A stretch of DNA of 46,320 nucleotides from Novosphingobium sp. Its GTDB lineage: Bacteria; Pseudomonadota; Alphaproteobacteria; Sphingomonadales; Sphingomonadaceae. Below are positions 34,888 through 44,340 of this stretch, in pieces. Within the stretch, counting starts at the first letter, position 1, and each line of letters begins with the position of its first letter. The translations under genes were made by a program, and so were the position numbers. The notes under the pieces were generated by a model. The model was not told where the DNA came from, searched no databases, and saw nothing but the letters and a program-made list of their open reading frames with translations. Where the stretch lies: the NCBI GenBank assembly GCA_046155055.1, contig JBJXEK010000017.1, forward strand, positions 1 through 46,320. Direction: 5' to 3'.

Positions 34888-36303
34888 CGCGCTTTCGGGC
34901 AGCCGCGGGTTCACATAGGTCCACCCCTCGCCCGAATAGACTTTCGCCAGCGGGCCGCGGGTATTGAACGCGAGCGAAACCGCGCGCTGTTCGGCGCGGG
35001 TGGTCAGGCCCTCCCCCACCACGGTCGCGGTCCCCGGCTCGTATCCGCGCCCCCACGGGCGCAGCGCGAAGGCAAACGGCTCGGTCCGGAAGCTGGCGAC
35101 CGAGGTGTTGAAGAACACCGAAAGATAGACCTGATCCAGGGCACCAAGCGGGGCGGCGGGCATGCGCCAATCGGCGGCGGCGATCACCGGCCAGGGATAG
35201 TGCTCCGGATTGCCGTAGAGGATCTCGCTGCGCAGATCGACCAGCCCATCGCGCGGCACCTGCGGCGAAGCCACCCGCCGCATCTGCAGACCGTTGGCCC
35301 AGGTAAAGCCGAAGGCCGAAGCATCGATCAGCGGCATCGCCGATGGCGGCGCGCCATTCGGCTCGTTCGAGACGGTGACGTTTTCGTAGACCCGTAAATA
35401 GGCCTTGTCCTTGAGCTGGTGCCCGCTCGCCACATTGCTCCAGCCATGCTGGCCATGCCAGCTGACATTGCGGAAATGCGAGACCAGCGTGCCGTTGATA
35501 TAGGTGCCGTGCTCCTGATCGGCATTGGTGCCGACATTGCCGGTGATCTCGCTGTCCTCGATATAGAGCATGGTCTCGCCGCTCGGCGCGAAGATCGCGT
35601 TCTTGCCGCCGAAAATGCTCGACCGGCGCACCACCACGCTAAACAGGCCGGGCTTCCCGCCGCCATAGGTTTCCAGATGCAGCGCGCCGATCGGCTGGAT
35701 CGCGCCGGGAAAATCCAGCGCAATATCGCGCAGCTCGAAATGGATGCGGTTTTGCCCCATCTCCAGCGCCCGCATTTTGATCGAGGCCCATTCGTTGCCG
35801 GTGCGGAACGTGACGCGCTCACCCGGGATCGACGAGCGGAAGATGTACTGGGTGCCCTGCAGATTGCCGGTAACATCCGGCTGCCACGGCGCAAACGGAT
35901 AGACACACGGCTGCCCGGCACCGTCCCGCGCCTCGTAAACGAACTCGTAGCCGCCCTCGACTCGCCCGTAGAGCGAAGCCGCGTCCTGCCCCTTGTAGAC
36001 TTCGCGCCCCGCCGCGCGCGAAGCATCGCATTTGATGAACAGCCGGACGGCCGGGCGGCGCAGTCCCGCCATCGGCATATAGAACGGATAAGTCTGGTCG
36101 TGCGCCGCAAACTCGGCAGGCATTTGCGGCGGTGCCGGCTCGGGATAAGCTACAGGCTGCAAGGGCGGTGCGGCGGAAGCTGCGCCAGCAGGCCCGGCGT
36201 TGCGCTCGCTCGCCTGGGCATTCGATTCGCCGCCCAGCCCGCTGCATCCGATCATGCAGAGCAAGGCCAGCGGCATTGCCGGGCGTCCGATCATCACAGC
36301 CAT
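34828..36303 (-). CDS. Hypothetical lipoprotein, probable parallel beta-helix domain
   Basis: Lipobox-like LALLCMIG-C, a Pro/Ala linker, and beta-helix-like repeats with EHGTYIN...GHQLKDKA. Start uncertain (36294-36312). Confidence 0.65.
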   Translation of the reverse strand: MAVMIGRPAMPLALLCMIGCSGLGGESNAQASERNAGPAGAASAAPPLQPVAYPEPAPPQMPAEFAAHDQTYPFYMPMAGLRRPAVRLFIKCDASRAAGREVYKGQDAASLYGRVEGGYEFVYEARDGAGQPCVYPFAPWQPDVTGNLQGTQYIFRSSIPGERVTFRTGNEWASIKMRALEMGQNRIHFELRDIALDFPGAIQPIGALHLETYGGGKPGLFSVVVRRSSIFGGKNAIFAPSGETMLYIEDSEITGNVGTNADQEHGTYINGTLVSHFRNVSWHGQHGWSNVASGHQLKDKAYLRVYENVTVSNEPNGAPPSAMPLIDASAFGFTWANGLQMRRVASPQVPRDGLVDLRSEILYGNPEHYPWPVIAAADWRMPAAPLGALDQVYLSVFFNTSVASFRTEPFAFALRPWGRGYEPGTATVVGEGLTTRAEQRAVSLAFNTRGPLAKVYSGEGWTYVNPRLPESALWVTDRDAFIRHALGLIGH

Positions 36304-36433
36304 ATTCCGCACGCATATCCCCTTGCACTGCGGTGCAGCCTACGCGCGCCGGAGCCGGTTGATAAGGTGCAGCATCTGGTCCGGTGTGTCAGACTGGCTC
36401 AGCCGTTCGCCCTGGCAGATGCCGCCGCCACCA

Positions 36434-37420
36434 TTACGCAGCCGGCATCTGCTGGCTCGAACAGTGGAACCCGCCCCCGCCCGCCAGCACCGCATCGGCC
36501 ATGAGCCCGATCACCGCATGCCCGGGAAACAGCTCGGCAATCGCCGCCACACCGTCGTCATCGTGCTGCGTCCCGAACACCGGAACGATCACCACAGCGT
36601 TCGCGATCACGAAGTTCATGTAGCTCGCGGGCTGGACCATGCCGCCCAATTCGACGAGCCCCGGCGAGGGCACGTCCACCACCTCTACCCCGAAGTCTCG
36701 CGCGCGCGCCGCCGCATCGGCATAGATCGCAGCATTGGGATCGCCCGGCCCTGTTGCGCGCGGCACCGCGAGCCGGTTCGGCGCGACAAACCGCGCAAGG
36801 TTGTCGACATGCCCGTCGGTATGGTCGTTGATCAGGCCATCACCCAGCCACAGCACGCGGTCGGAGCCGAGATCGCGCGCCAGCCGCGCGTTCAGATCAG
36901 CGCGTGGCAAGGCGGGATTGCGATTCGGGTTCAGCAGGCACTGTTCGGTTGTGGCGACGAGGCCCGTGCCATCACCGTCGAGCGCGCCGCCTTCCAGAAT
37001 CCAGTCGCAGCGATCGGCCGCAAGCGCTGCGCTCTGCGCCAGATCGGCCCCGATCGCCTGATCCCCTTCCATCAGATACTTGCCGCCCCAGCCGTTGAAA
37101 CCGAACAGCCGCGCGCGCCTCCCCTCGTCGCCGCGCACCACAAGCGGCCCGGTATCGCGAAGCCACACGTCGCCGTAGACCCGCCGCTCGAGCGTAACCG
37201 CGCCCGAAACCAGCGCCCGCGCGCGCATTTCATTGGCCCCGTCGCGCACGATCAACCGCACCTCTTGCCCGCTATCCGCCACCGCGCTGGCAAACGCGGC
37301 GATCTGCTCCTGCGCACGATCGATCACGCCGGACCACTCCTGCGCCAGATGCGGAAAGCCGATCCACAGCCACTCTTGCGGATGCCACTCGGGCGGCATC
37401 CGCATTGGGATATCGGTCAT
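36434..37420 (-). CDS. Agmatine deiminase / peptidylarginine deiminase family
   Basis: MPPEW, WLRDTGP, FNGWGGKY, EGGALDGDG, DHTDGHVDN, SYMNF, GGGFHC (catalytic Cys). Confidence 0.93.
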   Translation of the reverse strand: MTDIPMRMPPEWHPQEWLWIGFPHLAQEWSGVIDRAQEQIAAFASAVADSGQEVRLIVRDGANEMRARALVSGAVTLERRVYGDVWLRDTGPLVVRGDEGRRARLFGFNGWGGKYLMEGDQAIGADLAQSAALAADRCDWILEGGALDGDGTGLVATTEQCLLNPNRNPALPRADLNARLARDLGSDRVLWLGDGLINDHTDGHVDNLARFVAPNRLAVPRATGPGDPNAAIYADAAARARDFGVEVVDVPSPGLVELGGMVQPASYMNFVIANAVVIVPVFGTQHDDDGVAAIAELFPGHAVIGLMADAVLAGGGGFHCSSQQMPAA

Positions 37421-37432
37421 GGCCTAAGCCCC

Positions 37433-39130
37433 TTACTTGCCGGCAGCTTCAGCGCGGCTCTTGTCGCGCGCTGCACGGAACTCGTCACCGGGGTGCCAGT
37501 TGGGCCAGGTTGTGCCATTGGCAAGCTTGCGGCCAATCCGGTAGAACAGGGTCACGTCCTGCTTCATGCCGGACATGTCCCAGCTCTCCTGATACTGGTC
37601 GCTCGGCTGGTGGTAGTGCAGGCTCTCATAATCATCCGTGATCGCCTTGCCGGCTGCCTTCCCGCCCACAACCAGATCGGTGCCGCGCTTGAGATCGAAC
37701 ATCGGCACGCCGCGCTTGGCGAAGCTGAAGTGGTCGGACCGGTAGTAGAACCCCTTCTCGGGACCTTCCTCGGGCCCTTCGGTGAGCCCCATCTCTTGCT
37801 CCACCTTGCGCAGGATCGGCGTCAGCTCCGACTTGTCGCCGCCCGTCACGGTCACATCCTTCGCAGGGCCGCCGGTGTAAAGCGCATCCATGTTCACGCC
37901 GCCCACGGTCTTCGCCAGCGGGAACACCGGATTCTGCGCGTAGTATTCGGAGCCGAGCAGGCCCGATTCTTCCAGCGTCAAGGCCAGAAACACCTGGCTG
38001 CGAGCGGCAGGGCCCGCCGCGTGGTTCATCTTGGCCAGCGCCGCCAGCGCGGCAATGCCGGTCGCGTTGTCGATGGCGCCGTTGCAGATATCGTCGCCGC
38101 TCGCATCGGCCTTGCAGCGACCAAGGTGGTCCCAGTGCGCGCTGTAGAGAACATACTCGTCCGGCCGCGTCTTGCCCGGCAGGATGCCCACCACGTTGTG
38201 CGAGATCGCCCGCTCGATCGTGTTGTCGAACGACAGGCTGGCCTTGAGACCCAGCGGCACCGGCTTGAACCCCTTTTGTCCGGCCGCAGCGGTCAGCGCC
38301 GCCAGATCCTTGCCCGCCGCCTTCAGAACCGCATCCGCGACCGCCTTCTGCACCCAGCCGTTGGCCGCGGTCTGATCCGCGCCGTCATTGGCGGTCTGCA
38401 CGAAATGCTGCGCGCCTGACCCGCTCGATTCGACCACCTGCCAGCCATAGGCCGCCGGGAACGTATCGTGCACGATCAGCGCGGCTGCCGCGCCTTGCCG
38501 GGCGGCTTCCTCGAACTTGTAGGTCCAGCGGCCATAATAGGTCATGCGCCGCCCGCGGAACAGGCCGTCCTCGTTCGCCGTCGCATAATCGGGATCGTTG
38601 ACGAGGATGACCGCGGTCTTCCCCTTCATGTCGAGCCCGGCGTAGTCGTTCCAGCCGAGCTCGGGCGCATTGATGCCGTAGCCGACGAACACCAGCTCGC
38701 TGTCCTTCACCTGGGTATGCGGCGTGATCCGGTAGCTGCCCACGACGAACTCGCTCGATGGCTTGAAGCTCAATGCCTGCGCGCCGCCGGTCACGACCAA
38801 CGGACTGGGATTGCCCTGCGTGATCGAAACCGTCGGCACATCCTGCAGCCACGTTGGTTTGTTGTCCGGCCCCTTGTTGCCCGGCTGGAGCCCCGCCGCC
38901 TTGAACCGCGCAATGATCGCATCGAGCGTCTTCGGCTCGGCCGCGGTGCCCGGTTCGCGCCCCTCAAAGGCGTCGGACGAAAGCGTGCGGATCACTTCGC
39001 GCATCAGCGCCTCATCGACCGGGGGCACCACTGGCGCCGCAAGGCTCGCTGAAACCGGCAGCACCAGCATCAGCCCAAATGCGGCCCTGGCCAAGAGCTT
39101 GCCGCGCACGGACTTGCGAAATTCCAACAT
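37433..39130 (-). CDS. M28 family metallopeptidase with PA domain, secreted
   Basis: SSDAFEGR, SAHWDHLG, GAIDNATG, EESGLLGS, NMD, RSDH, YHQPSD; signal peptide. Confidence 0.93.
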   Translation of the reverse strand: MLEFRKSVRGKLLARAAFGLMLVLPVSASLAAPVVPPVDEALMREVIRTLSSDAFEGREPGTAAEPKTLDAIIARFKAAGLQPGNKGPDNKPTWLQDVPTVSITQGNPSPLVVTGGAQALSFKPSSEFVVGSYRITPHTQVKDSELVFVGYGINAPELGWNDYAGLDMKGKTAVILVNDPDYATANEDGLFRGRRMTYYGRWTYKFEEAARQGAAAALIVHDTFPAAYGWQVVESSGSGAQHFVQTANDGADQTAANGWVQKAVADAVLKAAGKDLAALTAAAGQKGFKPVPLGLKASLSFDNTIERAISHNVVGILPGKTRPDEYVLYSAHWDHLGRCKADASGDDICNGAIDNATGIAALAALAKMNHAAGPAARSQVFLALTLEESGLLGSEYYAQNPVFPLAKTVGGVNMDALYTGGPAKDVTVTGGDKSELTPILRKVEQEMGLTEGPEEGPEKGFYYRSDHFSFAKRGVPMFDLKRGTDLVVGGKAAGKAITDDYESLHYHQPSDQYQESWDMSGMKQDVTLFYRIGRKLANGTTWPNWHPGDEFRAARDKSRAEAAGK

Positions 39131-39250
39131 AGATTCCTCACCTTCAATCCAGACCGCCAGAGGTGGCAGACACCCCGCCCGCTGGCAAGCGGGACAACCT
39201 TACTTACCGGCGCGCTTGCCTGAACCGCCTGGAGCGGGCATCGCAGGTCC

Positions 39251-41998
39251 ATGAGCGGCGCCCTCCTTCTGGCCGACTGGCCCCACGCCATCCACCGCGC
39301 CCGCGCCGAAGCCCCGTTCCTGTGCCGCACTCTCGATCGCCTCCCCGAGCTGGCGGGCCTGTTGGAGACGGGCCGGATCGAGGAGGCCCTGTCCCAGGCG
39401 TTCCACGCGGGCAAGGGCTGCGAAGACGTCGGCATAGCCCTGCGCCGGGAACGCCTCGCGCTGTCGCTCGCGCTGGCGATCGGCGATCTGGCGGGCGCGC
39501 TGCCGCTGGCGCGCATCATGGGCGAACTCTCCGCCTTCGCCGACCGCGCGCTGGGCAGCGCCATCACCGCCGCCATGCGCCGCCGCGTGCCTGATGCCGA
39601 GCCGCGCGGTTTCGCCGGCATTGCGCTCGGCAAGCACGGCGCGGGCGAACTCAACTACTCGTCGGACATCGACCCGATCCTGCTTTACGACCCCGCTACA
39701 CTCCCGCGCCGCGACCGCGATGATCCCGCCGAAGCCGCGCAGCGCATCGCGCGCGGCGTGGTCGAACTGCTTGGGGCCGTTACCGCAGAAGGCTACGTGT
39801 TCCGCGTCGATCTGCGCCTGCGCCCGGCCGCTGAAGTGACCCCGCTGGCGCTGCCGTTCGCGGCCGCCATCACGCACTACGAATCGAGCGCTCTCGCCTG
39901 GGAGCGCGCCGCTTTCATCCGCGCGCGCGCTGCCGCCGGAGACATCCCGGCAGGTCAGGCCTTTCTCGATGCGATCCGCCCGTTTGTCTGGCGCCGCAGC
40001 CTCGATTTCGGGGCGATTGCGGAGATCGGCCGGCTCACCACGCGGATCCGCGATCACTATGCCGGCGGGCAGGCGGTCGGCCCGGGCTATGACCTCAAGC
40101 GCGGTCGCGGCGGTATTCGCGAAGTCGAGTTCTTTGCGCAGACCCACCAGTTGATCCACGGCGGCCGCAATCCTGCGCTGCGCCAGCGGGGCACCCGCGC
40201 GGCGCTCGACGCGCTGGCCGGTGCCGGCATCATCGCCGCCGAGGATGCGCACGCCCTCGGCACCAGCTACGACCGGCTGCGCATCCTCGAACATCGCCTG
40301 CAAATGGTTTCCGACCAGCAGACGCACAGCCTGCCCGTCGATCCCGCCCTGCTCGGCGCGGTCGCGCGGCTGGACGGGCTGACCGGCGGTCAGGCGCTGA
40401 TCGAGGAACTGGCCGCGATTTCGGACACGGTCGGCCGCCGGTTTGATTCGCTGATCACCGCCTACACCCCCACCGGGGCGGTCCCCGTCGCCGCACGGCC
40501 GCTGGAACTGGAGCTAGCCGTGCTCGGCTTTGCCGACCCCGCCGCGCTCGCCGTGCGGATCGAGGCCTGGGAAAACGGCCAGTACCGCGCGCTGCGCGGC
40601 GCCGAGGCGCGCGCCGCCTTCGCCCGTTTGCGCACCACGCTGCTCGCCGCGCTGGCCGCCGCCCCCGATCCGGACCGCGCGCTTCTGCGCTGGGAAGGCC
40701 TGCTCGCCGGACTGTCCTCCGCGATCAATGTGTTCCGCCTGCTTGAAGCGCGCCCCGGGCTGCTGGCTGTGGTCATGCGCGTTCTGGCTCATGCCCCCAC
40801 TCTGGCCGACGAACTCGCGCGCCGCTCGGACCTGCTCGACACCCTGATTGATCGCACCGCATTCGACCTGCCCGGCAGCGCCGCAAGTCTGGCGGCGGAG
40901 TTCCGCTGCGGCGAGGCGGGCGATGACTACCAGTGCCTGCTCGATGCGGTGCGCCGCAAGGTTGGCGAATGGCGCTTTACGCTGGGGGTCCAGCTGATCG
41001 AGGGGCAGATCGACGAAACGTGGCGCGACCCGCTGGAGATCGCCGCTGCTCTCTCGCGCGTTGCCGAAGCCGCAATCCTGGTGCTGGCGAGCGCAGCCGA
41101 GGCAGAGTTTGCACGGGCGCACGGCCATGTCCCGGGCCGTAGACTGGTTATCCTTGGGCTCGGCCGCCTCGGCGGAGCAGCGCTGACTCATGCCTCGGAT
41201 CTCGATCTTGTGTTCCTGTTCAGCGGCGATCACACCGGCGAATCCGATGGCGACCGGGTCCTTGGCACCACGCTCTATTTCAACCGCCTGACCCAGCGGG
41301 TGATCGCGGCGCTCTCGGCACCGACGGCCGCCGGTGCGCTCTACGAAGTCGATGTGCGGCTCCGCCCCAGTGGCGCGCAGGGCCCCATTGCGGTCAGCCT
41401 CGACAGTTTCGCCCGCTACCAGCGCGAGGATGCCTGGACGTGGGAGCACATGGCGCTCTGCCGCGCCCGGCCCTTGTTCGGAGCGCCGCAAGACCGCGCA
41501 GCCCTGAGTGCGACCATCGCCGAGGTCCTGCACCGCCCGCGCGGATCCGAAAAGTTGCGCGATGATGTGCTCGCGATGCGCGCCGAAATGGCGCTCCACA
41601 AGCCGCCCAGCGGCCCGCTCGATATCAAGCTCGCACGCGGCGGGCTCGTCGATCTGGAGTTCCTCGTGCATTATCTGCAGCTGCGGGAAGGCCCGAACTT
41701 GTGCGGAGGAACCGCGCTCGATCCCGATCTTGGCCGCGCGCTGAGCGGCCTGAGCGATGCCGAGCTGCTCCCGGCGGCCTTGCGCACGGCGCATGATCTG
41801 CTGGCCCGGCTGCTCGTGGTGGTGCGCCTGGTTGCCCCCGACGGCCGCTTCCCGCCCGAGGCGAGCCGCGCTATCGTTGCCAAGGCCTGCGGCAATGCCG
41901 ATTGGCCCCAGCTGCTTGCCGCCGTTCTAGGCGCGCGCCGCGCCATCGCGGCAAGCTGGAACACCGTTTTGGACCAGAAACTGGAGATCGAGGAATGA
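39251..41998 (+). CDS. glnE: Bifunctional glutamine synthetase adenylyltransferase/deadenylyltransferase
   Basis: Two nucleotidyltransferase domains: GKHGAGELNYSSDID...RVDLRLRP and GRLGG..L..ASDLDL...EVDVRLRPSG; KRGRGGIREVEF. Confidence 0.96.
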   Translation: MSGALLLADWPHAIHRARAEAPFLCRTLDRLPELAGLLETGRIEEALSQAFHAGKGCEDVGIALRRERLALSLALAIGDLAGALPLARIMGELSAFADRALGSAITAAMRRRVPDAEPRGFAGIALGKHGAGELNYSSDIDPILLYDPATLPRRDRDDPAEAAQRIARGVVELLGAVTAEGYVFRVDLRLRPAAEVTPLALPFAAAITHYESSALAWERAAFIRARAAAGDIPAGQAFLDAIRPFVWRRSLDFGAIAEIGRLTTRIRDHYAGGQAVGPGYDLKRGRGGIREVEFFAQTHQLIHGGRNPALRQRGTRAALDALAGAGIIAAEDAHALGTSYDRLRILEHRLQMVSDQQTHSLPVDPALLGAVARLDGLTGGQALIEELAAISDTVGRRFDSLITAYTPTGAVPVAARPLELELAVLGFADPAALAVRIEAWENGQYRALRGAEARAAFARLRTTLLAALAAAPDPDRALLRWEGLLAGLSSAINVFRLLEARPGLLAVVMRVLAHAPTLADELARRSDLLDTLIDRTAFDLPGSAASLAAEFRCGEAGDDYQCLLDAVRRKVGEWRFTLGVQLIEGQIDETWRDPLEIAAALSRVAEAAILVLASAAEAEFARAHGHVPGRRLVILGLGRLGGAALTHASDLDLVFLFSGDHTGESDGDRVLGTTLYFNRLTQRVIAALSAPTAAGALYEVDVRLRPSGAQGPIAVSLDSFARYQREDAWTWEHMALCRARPLFGAPQDRAALSATIAEVLHRPRGSEKLRDDVLAMRAEMALHKPPSGPLDIKLARGGLVDLEFLVHYLQLREGPNLCGGTALDPDLGRALSGLSDAELLPAALRTAHDLLARLLVVVRLVAPDGRFPPEASRAIVAKACGNADWPQLLAAVLGARRAIAASWNTVLDQKLEIEE

Positions 41999-42468
41999 GC
42001 GAAGCCTTTGCCGCCGGAAGCATGTTGCCCGACATTGCCCTGACCAGTACCGATGGCACCGCGGTCAGGCCTTCCGATTTTGCGGGCCGCAAGCTCGTCC
42101 TGTTCTTCTATCCCAAGGACGACACACCCGGCTGCACGACCGAGAACAAGGATTTCTCGGCCATGGTCGCAGACTTCGCCGCCGCCGGCACCGCGCTCCT
42201 CGGGATCAGCAAGGACCCGCCGAAAAAGCACCTCAAGTTCATCGAAAAGCATGCCCTCGCCGCGCCGCTTGCCAGCGATGCCGAAGAAAGCGGCCTGTCG
42301 GACGCACTCGGCATCTGGACGGAAAAATCCATGTACGGCCGCACCTATATGGGCATGGAGCGCACGACCTATCTCATCGGGCCGGATGGCAGGATCGCGC
42401 AGGTCTGGTCGAAGGTCAAAGTGAAGGGCCATGCCGAGGAGGTGCTCGCCGCCGCCCGGGCCCTTTGA
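41995..42468 (+). CDS. bcp: Peroxiredoxin, BCP/PrxQ type
   Basis: FFYPKDDTPGCTTE, KSMYGRTYMGMERTT; ATG 41995 overlaps the glnE stop. Confidence 0.92.
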   Translation: MSEAFAAGSMLPDIALTSTDGTAVRPSDFAGRKLVLFFYPKDDTPGCTTENKDFSAMVADFAAAGTALLGISKDPPKKHLKFIEKHALAAPLASDAEESGLSDALGIWTEKSMYGRTYMGMERTTYLIGPDGRIAQVWSKVKVKGHAEEVLAAARAL

Positions 42469-43259
42469 ACATGCCCACGGTGGCTGCGGCTATCCGGGGG
42501 GCCATGCTGACCGCCGACCCCGCAGCCAAGGCTATGGCGACGCGCGAGGTGCGGCGCGCATGGACGGCGGGCCGACTGGCCTTCGTGTTCGATGAGGCCA
42601 TGCCGGACGAGCCTGCCAGGCCCGCCCGGCCAGAGCTCCTGCCGCCCAATGCCATGCCCAAGCGTGGGCGCGGCGGCTCGGAGCGCGGGCGCCTCGCGCT
42701 GCTCCACGCGCTCGCGCACATCGAATTCGTGGCGATCGACCTCGCGCTCGACGCAGCAGGACGCTTCGGCGCGGAGCGCGGCCCGGATTTCGTCAGCGAC
42801 TGGCTCGATGTCGCCGCGGACGAAGCGATGCACTTTGCGCTGCTGGCGCGCCGGCTCCGCACGCTAGGATCCGATTACGGGGCCCTTCCCGCCCATGACG
42901 GGCTATGGGATGCCGCGCGCGAGACCGCGCACGACATTGCCGCTCGCCTCGCCGTCGTCCCGATGGTGCTCGAAGCGCGCGGACTTGACGTGACGCCGAT
43001 GACGATCACGCGCTTCACTGCAGCGGGCGATTTGCGCTCTGCTCGCATCCTTGAACGAATCCTTGACGACGAGATCCGGCATGTGCGCTTCGGCACAACA
43101 CACTTTCTCAAAGTCTGTGAGGAACGGGATGAATCGCCACCCGCGCTGTGGAAAACCCTTGTCGCGCGCCATTTCCGCGGGGCTGTTAAGCCGCCGTTCA
43201 ACGACTCGGCGCGTCGTTCAGCCGGTTTATCGTGCGAATTGATGACAGGGGTTGTCTAG
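42465..43259 (+). CDS. Ferritin-like DUF455 protein
   Basis: LHALAHIEF.AIDLA, DEAMHF, AHDGLW, LEARGLD, DEIRHV. Start TTG 42465 or ATG 42471. Confidence 0.9.
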   Translation: MNMPTVAAAIRGAMLTADPAAKAMATREVRRAWTAGRLAFVFDEAMPDEPARPARPELLPPNAMPKRGRGGSERGRLALLHALAHIEFVAIDLALDAAGRFGAERGPDFVSDWLDVAADEAMHFALLARRLRTLGSDYGALPAHDGLWDAARETAHDIAARLAVVPMVLEARGLDVTPMTITRFTAAGDLRSARILERILDDEIRHVRFGTTHFLKVCEERDESPPALWKTLVARHFRGAVKPPFNDSARRSAGLSCELMTGVV

Positions 43260-43454
43260 TTAAGACACTTCCCCCTAACCCCGCAGCAACGGAGCAGCGG
43301 GAGGGTTTTTCGCATAATCTCCAAAAAACCACCAGTCCGGCCGCGGGTTTCACCCGGTCGGCAAGCTGGTGGGCTGGGTCGATCTTGCACTGATACGAAT
43401 GGGGACGAGCTCAAGTCCCGGTCAGTCAGGATCATAAAGGGTCATCAGGTCGTA

Positions 43455-44162
43455 ATGTTCCAAAGCTCACTTCTGAAACGCATGTTTGGCCCGATTTTCA
43501 CGGTCGCATGCCTTGTCTCGGCACCGGCTTATGCAAACAGCGCTGCCTCGGCCGACATCGCCGCCCCGCTTCGTGCTGCGGAAGCCGCGAAATCCGGGAT
43601 CGCCGCAAGCACGGCCGACGACGAATTCCACCAGCTCTTCGCCAGCTGGAAGTCGCTTGAGAACGCCACCCCGGCTTTCTCATCGCCTGCCCGCACCAGC
43701 GGCACGGTCTCTATTCCCTCGCTGATCCCCGTCACCTCGAACCGTTCCATGAGCAGCGGCTTCGGCATGCGCGTCCACCCGGTTCTGGGCGGCCTGCGCG
43801 CGCACAAGGGCATCGACCTTCCCGCCACTACCGGCACGCCGATCCACGCTTCGGCTGATGGTGTTGTCGGAAAGGCCGATTGGTTCGGTGGCTACGGCCT
43901 GTTCGTCGAGCTTGAGCATGGCGCCGGTATGGAAACCCGCTACGGCCATATGTCGCGCATCGCGGTGGCTGAAGGTCAGCGCGTCCGCAAAGGCGATGTG
44001 ATCGGCTATGTCGGCTCAACCGGCCGCTCCACCGGCTCGCACCTGCACTATGAAGTGCGCATTGGCGGAGAAGCGGTAAACCCGATTCCCTATATGCAGA
44101 CGGTCGCTCCCGGTATCGCTACCGACGCGGTGCTGGCCAGCAACGACACAGCTGCGCGCTAA
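43455..44162 (+). CDS. M23 family peptidoglycan endopeptidase
   Basis: SSGFGMR.HP, HKGID (HxxxD), YGH, GSTGRSTGSHLHYE (HxH); signal peptide. Confidence 0.94.
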   Translation: MFQSSLLKRMFGPIFTVACLVSAPAYANSAASADIAAPLRAAEAAKSGIAASTADDEFHQLFASWKSLENATPAFSSPARTSGTVSIPSLIPVTSNRSMSSGFGMRVHPVLGGLRAHKGIDLPATTGTPIHASADGVVGKADWFGGYGLFVELEHGAGMETRYGHMSRIAVAEGQRVRKGDVIGYVGSTGRSTGSHLHYEVRIGGEAVNPIPYMQTVAPGIATDAVLASNDTAAR

Positions 44163-44200
44163 CCCCCTTACAGCTATCGAGTCATCTTGGAGAGGATGGG

Positions 44201-44233
44201 AAAAAGGCGGCGGCAACGCCGCCTTTTTCTTTT
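44201..44233 (+). terminator. Intrinsic (bidirectional-looking) terminator after the M23 gene
   Basis: AAAAAGGCGGCG-gcaa-CGCCGCCTTTTT followed by CTTTT. Confidence 0.88.
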
Positions 44234-44340
44234 GTGCTGCGGAAGCCGGGAAACGACGAATCCCGTTGCGCGCCTTAATCGAACGGTTAAACTCTTGGGA
44301 AACGCGGGCCGCTCGATCCGCCTGCTCTGAGAGGATGCGC

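Noticed and set aside
44275-44290. TTAA...TTAA as a CtrA full site
   Set aside because: The spacer is 8 nt (TCGAACGG), not the canonical 7.
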